Part shown: piece after piece, positions 39,501 through 50,968 of the stretch | Position numbering within the stretch: position 1 is the first letter of the stretch | Layout of the letters: each line of letters begins with the position of its first letter | Source: Macrostomum lignano | Lineage: Eukaryota | Length of the DNA: 64,000 bases | Direction of reading: 5' to 3' | Assembly (NCBI GenBank): GCA_002269645.1 | Contig: NIVC01001739.1 | Location: forward strand, 8,462-72,461 | The notes under the pieces: model-generated | What the model saw: the letters and a program-made list of their open reading frames with translations, nothing else | Databases searched by the model: none | What the model was told of the DNA's origin: nothing | Position numbers and translations under genes: made by a program

Positions 39501-42500
39501 AGACTCTAGTGAGTCTGGGGGTGACTCTAGTGAGTCTGGGGTGACTCTAGTGAGTCTGGAGTGACTTAAGTGAGTCTGGAGGTGACTCTAGTGAGTATGG
39601 GGGAGACTCTAGTGAGTCTGGGGGTGACTCTAGTGAGTCTGGGGGTGACTCTAGTGAGTCTGGTGTGACTCTAGTGAGTCTGGAGGTGACTCTAGTGAGT
39701 ATGGGGGTGACTCTAGTGAGTCTGGTGTGACTCTAGTGAGTCTGGAGGTGACTCTAGTGAGTATGGGGGTGACCCTAGTGAGTCTGGGGTGACTCTAGTG
39801 AGTATGGGGGTGACTCTAGTGAGTCTGGTGTGACTCTAGTCAGTATGGGGTGACTCTAGTGAGTATGGGGGTGACTCTAGTGAGTCTGGGGGTGACTCTA
39901 GTGAGTCTGGTGTGACTCTAGTCAGTATGGGGTGACTCTAGTGAGTCTGGTGTGACTCTAGTCAGTATGGGGTGACTCTAGTGAGTATGGGGGTGACTCT
40001 AGTGAGTCTGGGGGTGACTCTAGTGAGTATGGGGGTGACTCTAGTGAGTCTGGGACTGTGGAGTCGTATCTGAGGCATGCTAGAGTCACAGATTTGCGTC
40101 TAGAGGGCATCAGCATCACTTAATGAATTAGTATCGCACTTTTGGCGTCCGTCAGTCAAACTGAAAAGTCGCACATGAAGCGCTGTAGCTTCACTGTAGA
40201 GTCGTCAGTTCATCACTTCTGGGACAATTACGTCTATAAAACTGTCTAGACTCTAGACAAGACAGTTAAATTAAAAAAATACTTTTTAATGTCTACATTT
40301 GGAGTGGATTGAGGATGCAGTCTTTTACCCTACTGTTGAGTAGCACAGTAAGCATATTATATGATTTTTTTAAAGCAAGCATGGCAAAATACCTACCTGA
40401 TCAACCGAGATGAACCAGTTCAATGCGGCATTAATCAATTTCGATCTTTCCTCTGCAGCGCTGAGAAGTTTGTTCCAACGAAGCTGCAGACTCTGCTCAA
40501 AATCGCGCACATCGGCGCACCTTGGATGATCGGATTTCACCTGTTCCAGTTTAGTAACTAACACGTAGGCAGATGTGAAAGTTCGTTCCAGGGCGTCGCG
40601 AAATTTGTCGTGATCGCGTTTTAGCTGCTCCGCCTCGGAGTGATTGTGCGGCAGCTTGGTGGCCGAGGCTGCCAGCATGGCATCGCCGTTGCTGATCCAC
40701 TGGATTATCTGGTGGCCTGGTTTAGGATGGGGTGGCGGAGTTTAATTTACATCTTGGAGAAGGTTGGTTGGAAATATGCGTACATTGAGGGAAGGAGTTC
40801 ATGTGGGGTCAGGGGTGGTTGGGGAGAGTGTACGTTGAGGGGTAGGAGTTCATGTGGGGTGGGGGGTGGTCGGGGAGAGTGCACATTGAGGGGTAGGAGT
40901 TCATGCGGGGTGGCGGGTGGTCGGGGAGAGTGCACATTGAGGGGCAGGAGTTCATGTGGGATGGGGGTCGTCGGGGAGAGTGCACATTGAGGGGTAGGAG
41001 TTCATGTGGGGTGGGGGGTGGTCGGGGAGAGTGCACATTGAGGGGTAGGAGTTCATGCGGGGTGGCGGGTGGTCGGGGAGAGTGCACATTGAGGGGCAGG
41101 AGTTCATGTGGGATGGGGGTCGTCGGGGAGAGTGCACATTGAGGGGTAGGAGTTCATGCGGGGTGGCGGGTGGTCGGGGAGAGTGCACATTGAGGGGTAG
41201 GAGTTCATGCGGGGTGGCGGGTGGTCGGGGAGAGTGCACATTGAGGGGTAGGAGTTCATGCGGGTGGCGGGTGGTCGGGGAGAGTGCATATTGAGGGGTA
41301 GGAGTTCATGCGGGGTGGCGGGTGGTCGGGGAGAGTGCACATTGAGGGGTAGGAGTTTCATGTGGGGTGGGGGTGGTCGAAAGTGTACATTGAGGGACAG
41401 TAATTCAATAGTCAAGCAATACCTTCAGCCTCCAGCTGGCGCCACTCCAGCTCAGCATTTAGCCCAGTCCGGCGCTCTTCAACATCCTGAGCCTGGCCGT
41501 CCAGCTCAGTCAGCAGCCGCTGCAGCCGGCCCAACGCGTCCTCCTCGTCCGTGATGTGAAAATCCATGCCGACAGACTCGAACACGTTAATCAATTCACC
41601 ACCTTTCAGCAGAACTTCTTCGGCACGTTTCACCGCTTGAATGTGCTCTTCGATGCTCTGCTCGAGCTCTTCTAGCCTCATCTCGGTCGGCTGAGTTGGA
41701 AGCTGGGCGGGCAATCTAGACAGCACAGATTGAGCATTTTCCCAGTCCTCTTCGAATAGGTGCAGCTGTTGGCACAGGTCCAATCGGAGTCGATGATGAT
41801 CGGCCACTTCTAGCGCGGTGGCAACTTCGGCTCTCACCTGGCTGAGCACATTCCTAATATAGGCATCTTCGTCTGGGTCTAGCGACAGATTGAGCAGGTA
41901 GGCGCCTTCGTCGCTTAGCTGAGAGTAGCTGGTGTTGGCCATTTGAATGCTGTCTGCGTGAGCTGCGATGGCCTTCTCAAGCTCTGACGGCTCCATTTGG
42001 GGGCATTTCTCCTGCGAATGGCATGCATGGATGGGGGGCTCGAGTAAGGCCCACAGGCCACTCAGGATAAGCGATTCTAGGTAGGGAAAAGCGATTCTAG
42101 GTAGGGAAAAGCGATTCAAGGTAGGGATTAGCGATTCCCAAGATAAGGATGAGCAATTCTCAATGTAAGGATTAACGATTCTCAGGATAAACGATTAGCG
42201 ATTATAAAGATAAAGATTAGCGATTCTCAGGATAAACTATTAGCAATTTTCAAGGTAAGGATTAGCGATTCTCAAGGTAAGGATTAGCGATTCTCAAGGT
42301 AAGGATTAGCGATTCTCAAGGTAAGGATTAGCGATTCCAAGGTAGGGATTAGCCATTGAATTCATGCCCAGTCAATATCAAGGACATTCCCCCCAACAAC
42401 CAACCTGAGAACTGGCCGTCTTCAACCGGCTGACGAACTCCAGCAGCTCTCTAGTCCGATGATAGAAGCCGGCCGCCACATCCAGCGCCTCTCGCCGGTT

Positions 42501-43432
42501 TGCCATCGCTCTGGTGAAACTGTCAATTCGTCGCTTAAGGTTTTCGGCGTCAGTTAACAGGCCGTCGGCATCCATCTCAGCCGACGGCACCAGATCGTCA
42601 ACCGCTCTAATCAGCTTATCGGCATTCACTATGGTGTTATTAGCCACCTGCTCAAACTGCATATGAGCATTGTACAGAGTCTCAGCTCTGGCCATGGATT
42701 TGCCAACGTACACCTGTTTGGCTAAGAACGGGTCGCCGTGCTCGCTTAGCCAGGCCAGCACCTGGGCGCAGTCCTGTTTAAAGTGCAAGGAGGACAGCCG
42801 GTGGTACAGGTGCTTCTTCCGTTCGCTGCTAGCGGAGTCCAGGCAGCGATGCGAGTGCAGCAGGCGATGGATCAGGCTCAAGCAGTGCTGGCGGCTGACT
42901 TCAAAGTTAATTTCTGCAACAAGAGCATTAGGAGCCGGAGTCTGCAGGTGAGTAATTATTGCTTTGCCAGCGAAGCAGGCCTCATTATAAGCGGCTTGCT
43001 CCTGTTCCCACACTGTCTGCGCTGTTGCCAGGTGGCCTTCAACTTCTTCTATTGATCGGCACCTGTCGCCCAATTGCAGCCTGTCCAGCTGATAGGTCCA
43101 GTGGTCCACCCTGCTCAGATAGTCCTCAGTCCTGTGATGGAAGCAGTAGCTCAAGTCCAGCACTTTGGACCTGTCAGCCAGCACCGTGAGCACCGCCTGC
43201 CAGTCCAGGGTGAGCTCCCTGGACCGCATTGTCATTTCTTTGCCAGCGTAGTGACCGGCTTCGAACAGCTGCTCGGCCACGATTTCTAATTGGCGCATCT
43301 GGTCTTTGGCGTTGTCGCAATTGGCCAGGTAGGTCTTGTGACTGTCAATCAGGGAGATCACCTGGCGGACATGTTGGCAATTAACATTTAATTAGCAATG
43401 TATCTGTCTGTCTGTCTGCCTGTCTGTCTGCC

Positions 43433-43493
<61 letters not shown>

Positions 43494-43622
43494 GCCTGCC
43501 TGTCTTGGTTTCTGACTGTCTGTCAGTCTGTCTGTCTGCCTGCCTGTCTGTCTGTCTGCCTGCCTGCATGTCTTGGTTTCTGACTGTCTGTCAGTCTGTC
43601 TGTCTTAGTGTATTAGTGTCTC

Positions 43623-43689
<67 letters not shown>

Positions 43690-46149
43690 GTCTGTCTGTC
43701 TGTCTGTCTGTCTGTCAGCCTCTGTCTGCCGCTCGCCCGCCCCAATCACAAACCTGCTGAGCGCTCTGCCCAATATCGCCGAAGCAGTCCAGCAGGAAGG
43801 TTCGCTGCTGTTGCATCCAATTGGCCATCCGACCGACGTCCTCTTCGAACAGGCGCAACTGGTAGGCCTGCTCCAGGGCCACCCTGGTGGACTCCCATTT
43901 GTCAACCAGGAGACTGCGCAGCTCGTACAAGTGTTGAATAGCATCTGTGACAGCAGGGGCCAGCTGCTGGAAGTCGGTGTTCATGCTGACCCAGCTGCTG
44001 CTGACCGATTCGCCCTTGGAGCCGCAGCGGAGCCACTGGGCCAGACGGGCCGCCTCGGCCTCCAGCGAGTGCACTGGAGCTTGGACAACCTGTCGGATTT
44101 GAATACGTAAATACGATTGCAAACAGACTACTGTGAGTAGGGTTGTCAAAAAAGTGGGTTCTGAGAAGCATCCCCAATCCCGATATGCAGCTCTACGTAT
44201 TCAATATGTACTCTACGAGTGTGAAAACTGCAGGAGAGAGAAGTGAATGAAATCGATGGATGGAAGGGGAGAGTTTGGAGAGGGAAATATGGGAGATATA
44301 TAGAAGAGTGGATGATGAGAGGGTGAGAGAAAGGGTGATGAGGGAGGGTGAGGAGAGGGTGAGAGAGGGTGATGAGAGGGTGAGAGAGGGTGATGAGGGA
44401 GGGTGAAGAGAGGGTGATGAGGGAGGGTGAAGAGAGGGTGAGCAGAGGTTAAGGAGAGGGTGATGAGGGAAGGTGATGAGAGGGTGATGAGAGAGGTCGA
44501 GGAAAGAGGTTGAAGAGAAAGGGAGAAGAGAGAGGGTAAGGAAAGACGGTGAGGAGAGGGTGATGAGAGGGTGAGGAGAGAAGGTGAGACAGGATGAGTA
44601 AAAAGGTGAAAGAGGAGGAGAGAGGGTGAGGAGAGAAAAAAGGGAAGGGCAGGGAGGAGGGAGGGAGAGACATTGCAGTGCGCGAGTGTCCAATACAACG
44701 GAAAACAGTATAAAACACAGTGGATCAACAGTAAAACAGCAAAACATATCGGCAAAGGTTAAAGCCTGATTTCTGCTTCTATTGGTCACCGAATAACTCT
44801 AAAAGACTTAGTTACAGATAAAAGCCAAACACAAACCTTATTTTTCTGAGCCCTGTGCATCTCAACCATTTGAACAGCCTGCTGCAGAGTGGCCGGTGTC
44901 ACCCGGTGATCCAGCGCATGGTACAGCTTCGTGAGCTTCTCCGACATGTCGTGCGAACGGAAAAAGAAGCTCTCTAACCGACAGCGGAGTTCCACGAATT
45001 CTTTAGAATCGAACGGCAGGCTGCCATCGAATTCCGTAGTGAGCTGGGCGGGGTCAATGTCGCCGAACAGGCCTTCAATGCTGACCAGCTTGATGTCGAA
45101 TGAGTACTTGCCAATGGCCATCTGGACTCGCTGCTTTTCTATGAAACTCTCCGGCTTGATGACGTAGGTGATGTCTAATGAGTCCGACAGGGTCTCGTCT
45201 AGGATCTGGGAGTGAAACAGTTATGATAGTTTATTCTGATGAAAACCTGGCATCAAAATAATTTCTAAAACTTCAATTCAACACAATCCGCCCCATTAAT
45301 AAACCAATCCCTGCAGGATCCGCCTCCCCCCCTAAAAAATCCAACCCCTGCAGGATCCGCCCCCCCCCTAAAAAATCCAACCCCCGCAGGATCCGCCCCC
45401 CTAAAAATCCAACCCCCGCAGAATCCGCCCCCCCCCTAAAAATCCAACCCCTGCAGGATCCGCCCCCCCTAAAAAATCCAACCCCCGCCGGATCCGCCCC
45501 CCCCCCTAAGAAATCCAACCCCCGCCGGATCCGCCTCCCCCCTAAAAAATCCAACCCCTGCAGGATCCGCCCCCCCCCTAAAAAATCCAACCCCCGCAGG
45601 ATCCGCCCCCTAAAAAATCCAACCCCCGCAGAATCCGCCCCCTAAAAATCCAACCCCCGCAGAATCCGCCCCCCCCCTAAAAATCCTACCCCTGCAGGAT
45701 CTGCCTCCCCCCCCAAAAACCCATCCCCTGCAGGGTCCGGCCATTTCAACAATAGAAATCGCACTTTCAAAATAGGCTTAATGGAGCTCCAAGCCGCATG
45801 CCGCATATCAATAACCACGGTGAACCGCAGGGATCGAACCCTGGCATCTGGCACATAGCTCAGGTACTTCACAAGCCGCATGAGTTCGTCAACAGGGATT
45901 TTCTCCGTGTCCGCACGGCCGGGGAAGCACATGATGGGCCCGCCTCGCCTGTCCCGGCCGCCGGGCAGCATGGCAACCCGGTGCTCCAGGTGCAGCCGCA
46001 GATCGGCGGCCTGCAGAGTGGACGGGTGCGCAGACGGTCTGTAGTATTCGGCCACATCTCGGTCAACGCCGCAGTAAGCGAAATCGTGCTCCCAGCTGCC
46101 GCCTCCCCCGCTGCTGCTGCCGCCGCCTCCGCTGCCTCGGGTTCCTTTA
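27571..46149 (-). CDS. TRIO: Trio/Kalirin/UNC-73-like dual Rho GEF (Sec14, spectrin repeats, DH1-PH1, SH3, DH2-PH2; no kinase domain seen); first exon not located; one apparent frameshift
   Basis: Exons 45765-46149 and 44837-45205 (Sec14: LPGGRDRRGGPIMCFP, FTVVIDMR), 43754-44089, 42405-43361, 41423-42011, 40397-40716 and 38220-39056 (spectrin repeats, then RRYILNELINTERVYVKDL), 36179-36403 (IIFGNIEAIYEFH), 32568-35571 (YLIKPVQRITKYQLLLKEL, PH1, SH3, DH2 LMNPVQRCMRYSLL, PH2), 28487-28808, 27571-27711. Phases are consistent except for a 1-nt deficit near 33700. The last two exons are less certain. Confidence 0.9.
27885..28470. repeat. 31-nt minisatellite (CCATTAATTAGAGAATTGTGGCGCCAAAACC), last Trio intron
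   Basis: About 19 tandem copies. Confidence 0.93.
28845..29230. repeat. About 15-nt-based minisatellite (ACTGGGGAATCCCGA), Trio intron
   Basis: Degenerate tandem units. Confidence 0.8.
29918..31630. repeat. 29-nt minisatellite (GAGATAAACACACTGAGACATGAGAGGGT), Trio intron
   Basis: About 60 copies with 27-nt variants; gives three 600-aa spurious ORFs. Confidence 0.96.
32095..32490. repeat. 22-nt minisatellite (GACACTGGAGTGACAATACTGT), Trio intron
   Basis: Tandem copies. Confidence 0.93.
35750..36132. repeat. 24-nt minisatellite (AGTCCCCAAACAGTCCCATCTCCC), Trio intron
   Basis: About 16 copies. Confidence 0.93.
36635..38178. repeat. 21-nt near-perfect minisatellite (CCTAACGGAAATCCTAGATCT, about 50 copies) grading into an about 42-nt dimer carrying ACCGGAAGT/ACCGGAAAT, Trio intron
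   Basis: Directly visible; the unit changes at about 37695. Confidence 0.96.
39462..40055. repeat. 20-21-nt minisatellite (GTGACTCTAGTGAGTCTGGGG), Trio intron
   Basis: Tandem copies. Confidence 0.93.
40785..41395. repeat. 51-nt G-rich minisatellite, Trio intron
   Basis: Unit GGGTGGTCGGGGAGAGTGCACATTGAGGGGTAGGAGTTCATGCGGGGTGGC, about 12 copies. Confidence 0.93.
42070..42355. repeat. 22-nt degenerate minisatellite (GGATTAGCGATTCTCAAGGTAA), Trio intron
   Basis: Tandem copies. Confidence 0.8.
43400..43715. repeat. (TCTG)n microsatellite, Trio intron
   Basis: Directly visible. Confidence 0.93.
44260..44670. repeat. Purine-rich low-complexity repeat (GAGAGGGTGA/GATGAGG), Trio intron
   Basis: Directly visible. 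Confidence 0.8.
45285..45740. repeat. 33-36-nt C-rich minisatellite (AAAATCCAACCCCTGCAGGATCCGCCCCCCCCTA), Trio intron
   Basis: About 13 copies with variable C-runs. Confidence 0.9.
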
Positions 46150-46364
46150 CTGTGAGCCAGACTTGGTTATTTATATTACGGCAATAATAACCGCCAGTTT
46201 CGGCTTTGATTATTAATTAGATTATGCAGAGCTGCACGCCAGAAATTTCGAATTAATAAATATTCGATCCATAATTGCAACAAATTTAGCCTTTACTAGT
46301 TTAGTCATCACTGAACTGAACCCTAAAATGCTTTTGTATCTACTTCACCTTTTCACCACCTAAA

Positions 46365-48470
46365 ACTCTCTTGATCTACTCTCTTACCTACATCATCTCT
46401 AGATCTACTCTCTTACCTACATCATCTCTTGATCTACTCTCTTACCTACATCATTTCTAGATCTACTCTCTTACCTACATCATCTCTAGATCTACTCTCT
46501 TACCTACATCATCTCTTGATCTACTCTCTTACCTACATCATTTCTAGATCTACTCTCTTACCTACATCATCTCTAGATCTACTCTCTTACCTACATCATC
46601 TCTTGATCTACTACTCTCTTACCTACATCATCTCTAGATCTACTCTCTTACCTACATCATCTCTTGATCTACTCTCTTACCTACATCATCTCTAGATCTA
46701 CTCTCTTACCTACATCATCTCTTGATCTACTCTCTTACCTACATCATCTCTAGATCTACTCTCTTACCTACATCATCTCTTGATCTACTCTCTTACCTAC
46801 ATCATCTCTAGATCTACTCTCTTACCTACATCATCTCTTGATCTACTCTCTTACCTACATCATTTCTAGATCTACTCTCTTATCTACATCATCTCTAGAT
46901 CTACTCTCTTACCTACATCATCTCTAGATCTACTCTCTTACCTACATCATCTCTTGATATACTCTCTTACCTACATCATTTCTAGATCTACTCTCTTACC
47001 TACATCATCTCTAGATCTACTCTCTTACCTACATCATCTCTTGATCTACTCTCTTACCTACATCATTTCTAGATCTACTCTCTTACCTACATCATCTCTA
47101 GATCTACTCTCTTACCTACATCATCTCTTGATCTACTACTCTCTTACCTACATCATCTCTAGATCTACTCTCTTACCTACATCATCTCTTGATCTACTCT
47201 CTTACCTACATCATCTCTAGATCTACTCTCTTACCTACATCATCTCTTGATCTACTCTCTTACCTACATCATCTCTAGATCTACTCTCTTACCTACATCA
47301 TCTCTTGATCTACTCTCTTACCTACATCATTTCTAGATCTACTCTCTTATCTACATCATCTCTAGATCTACTCTCTTACCTACATCATCTCTAGATCTAC
47401 TCTCTTACCTACATCATCTCTTGATCTACTCTCTTACCTACATCATTTCTAGATCTACTCTCTTACCTACATCATCTCTAGATCTACTCTCTTACCTACA
47501 TCATCTCTTGATCTACTCTCTTACCTACATCATTTCTAGATCTACTCTCTTACCTACATCATCTCTAGATCTACTCTCTTACCTACATCATCTCTTGATC
47601 TACTACTCTCTTACCTACATCATCTCTAGATCTACTCTCTTACCTACATCATCTCTTGATCTACTCTCTTACCTACATCATCTCTAGATCTACTCTCTTA
47701 CCTACATCATCTCTTGATCTACTCTCTTACCTACATCATCTCTAGATCTACTCTCTTACCTACATCATCTCTTGATCTACTCTCTTACCTACATCATCTC
47801 TAGATCTACTCTCTTACCTACATCATCTCTTGATCTACTCTCTTACCTACATCATTTCTAGATCTACTCTCTTATCTACATCATCTCTAGATCTACTCTC
47901 TTACCTACATCATCTCTAGATCTACTCTCTTACCTACATCATCTCTAGATCTACTCTCTTACCTACATCATATCTTGATCTACTCTCTTACCTACATCAT
48001 CTCTTGATCTACCCTCTTACCTACATCATCTCTTGATCTACTCTCTTACCTACATCATCTCTAGATCTACTCTCTTATCTACATCATCTCTAGATCTACT
48101 CTCTTACCTACATCATCTCTAGATCTACTCTCTTACCTACATCATCTCTTGATCTACTCTCTTACCTACATCATCTCTTGATCTACTCTCTTACCTACAT
48201 CATCTCTAGATCTACTCTCTTATCTACATCATCTCTAGATCTACTCTCTTACCTACATCATCTCTAGATCTACTCTCTTACCTACATCATCTCTTGATCT
48301 ACTCTCTTACCTACATCATCTCTTGATCTACTCTCTTACCTACATCATCTCTTGATCTACTCTCTTACCTACATCATCTCTTGATCTACCCTCTTACCTA
48401 CATCATCTCTTGATCTACTCTCTTACCTACATCATATCTTGATCTACTCATTTAGTCTTACCTAGATCAT
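46365..48470. repeat. 29-nt minisatellite (GATCTACTCTCTTACCTACATCATCTCTA) with higher-order block duplications
   Basis: About 72 copies; an identical 88-codon ORF recurs at 46429, 46954 and 47421. Confidence 0.96.
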
Positions 48471-50255
48471 TTCTAGACAGACTCTAATGCCTAAATAATC
48501 TCACGATCCTCTTCTCTAGATCTATTTTCTTACCTGAATCATTTTTAGATTTATTTTCCTATTTAGATCATCTCCTTTAGATCTGCTGTCTAGAAAATTT
48601 GATTATGACATGTACTTTCTAGACTATAAGGCCAACAATGCATCAAAGTTTTATAAATACAAAAATAATATAGATATGACAAGATCTTATGGTTCGCAAT
48701 CTTGAAAATTAATAATTTACCTAGCTTCCATATACATGCAAACATTAGGTAGGGATTCTAACCTCACCCTATTGGAAAAAGTTGCTAAATGGCAAGATAG
48801 CCATCCAGCACGTTTTCAAAATGACCTTGCAGTGCAACACAGCGTGGCACAGGGTGGTGCAGTGCAACGCAGCGTGGCACAGGGTGGTGCAGTGCAACAC
48901 TTGGTGCAGTGCTTGGAATAGAATCCATGTCAAAACAACCATGCACAGAATGGCCACACATCAAAAAAGCCTCACATCAAAATAGCCATCACCATAAAAT
49001 ATGGTATGGCCATTGTGGCCATAAAAAGACACACCATAGAATTCATTCCAATAAATCATAGAAACAATAACTAAAAGCAAAATTGCTGCCAAAGTATAAA
49101 AGAAAGTTTTTTTAGTGCAATTTAAGCATTACTATACTGACAAACTATTTTTGAATAAGTTTAATGGAAATATTTAAGACTCATTATGAGCAACTTTAAG
49201 TGACCCCTTGATGCAGCCCATGTACCTTGCAAGGCAAAATGATCCCTTGGTATATTCTTGCTAGACCTTTGATATGCATTTGTGCATTTTGAAAATTTAT
49301 TACAATAAAAAGGCTAACTGTAAATCATCAATCTTAAAAAGGAAATTTATCTAACTTATCTAACCTCTGGTAGATAACTTTAAATCAATACTTTTTGTAA
49401 CACTTTTATAGGCGCTGGGTTTATTTTTTGTGCATAGAGTGTGTATATGCACCCTAAATTTTAAAATCACACTGAAATTGAAGTGGGTGCGGCTTATGTA
49501 CAGTCTTAAAACCTATTTTTCCATTGAAGCCACATTCATACTGCCTTAAAATAAGAAGAGAAACTGCACCTTGAGCCTTAAAATTGCATCATAAAAGAGA
49601 GCATTAGGTGCGATTTTGTACCTTGTCTCTGGTGAAAAAGAAAAACCTATATAGGCATATTTCAGCTTAATCATATTTCAATATAGCTTCATTGCAATTA
49701 TAAGCCATTGTTTTATTTCTAGCCAAGTCATTGTCATTGTTTGAATTTGAGTATAATAAATCATAAATCTTGACTTAGTTAACTTCTAGTTTTATATGCT
49801 AACAAATTGAAATCATGGTAAATCTAAAGTAAAAATATACTAAGAATAGGGCCTAGAGCTAATATATTAGCATTAGTCTTTAACTTGCAAAATTAGCATA
49901 GGTATCATAATAACATAAAATCAAAATGACAAAAAATAATTATATAAACTATTTATACATACTAAAAATGACATTTTTTATAAATAAATATATAGAAAAT
50001 TTAGGTTTAGAAATAGAAAATATATGTTTCAAATAACTCTACCTAGACTACTTGGAACTCAGCATTGAAACTTATTTGGAAAAGCTATAAATTTTCTAAA
50101 TCTAGGTCAGGCTGTAGGCTATTTTAATCTTATATTTTCATATATATATTAAGATCATTAAAAAGCAGGAAACTATTTTTTCTAATTCTAACCTTTTTGG
50201 CCATTTTAGCTTAGAGCTTGTTTGTTTCAGCCAATATGCATATCATATTATGAAA

Positions 50256-50430
50256 CATGCATGTGCAACCTCCAAAATTTTGTTGCCATGTGACTTAGTT
50301 TTAACAAAAATGTGACATAGGCCCCTAGTTTTTGGCCAAAAATGCGACTTACATGTAAAAGAAACCTAAAGCAAAATTAATGCAACTTAGGGTAAATGGC
50401 AGGAGTAACTATGACTATCTTATTAAGGCA
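50256..50430 (+). mobile_element. Partial, longer relative of the CATAC-TIR MITE family
   Basis: Left TIR-like CATGCATGTGCAAC (50256-50269), then ACTTACATGT...CCTAAAGCAAAA...GGGTAAATGGCAGGAGTAACTAT matching 4995-5060. Right end not found. Confidence 0.6.
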
Positions 50431-50534
50431 ATAAGGATGTTCAATCTGTTCAGGATGTCCTGCTGCTCACCTTGTAGGGTCCATTCAGGCAAGGTCAGCC
50501 TGTCAGGCCCAAACCCATTGATACATAGACTGCT

Positions 50535-50968
50535 GGCGATCCTACAGTTTTCTGCTTTTAATTATTTTTCGGCTTTTCCGAGTGATCACTGACCAGTGGG
50601 CTGCCTATAATCAACTGGCCAATCATGTGACCATTAATCACTCTATCTGGTTTGTTGACCCCAATGATCCTACCATCTATACAAACACCATTGAGGATAC
50701 ATGGGCCAACTGCAAGGCCAAGTACCAGGCAATGCATGGTACTGCAAATGGCCTGTTCGAGATGTACCTCCAAGAGTTTTTATGGCGCTAGCTATTTCAA
50801 GAGCGCCAATTCGGGAACATGTTGTATTGGATACACCATTATTATCCATGTTAACTGTTGTGACTATTATGAGTAACTATTATATAAGTTTATCATCATT
50901 TCTTATTCCTGCTGTGCCTGCTGTAATTTTTCGAAAAATAATTAAAAGTGGAAAACTGTAGGATCGCC
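50535..50968 (+). mobile_element. Internally deleted Merlin (IS1595/ISXO2-like) DNA transposon retaining the transposase C-terminus
   Basis: 37-bp TIRs GGCGATCCTACAGTTTTC(TG/CA)CTTTTAATTATTTTTCG at 50535-50571 and 50932-50968; flanks AGACTGCT and GGACTGCC (6/8 TSD). ORF 50582-50791 reads TDQWAAY...VNH-like TINHS..FVDP....TNTIE..W...K....HG.......YLQEFLWR, the ISXO2/Merlin C-terminal motif series. Confidence 0.85.

Noticed and set aside
48736-48985. Short ORFs around a duplicated 30-nt unit, as a candidate Trio first exon
   Set aside because: Explained by a local tandem duplication; no convincing phase-2 donor linking to the 46149 acceptor.
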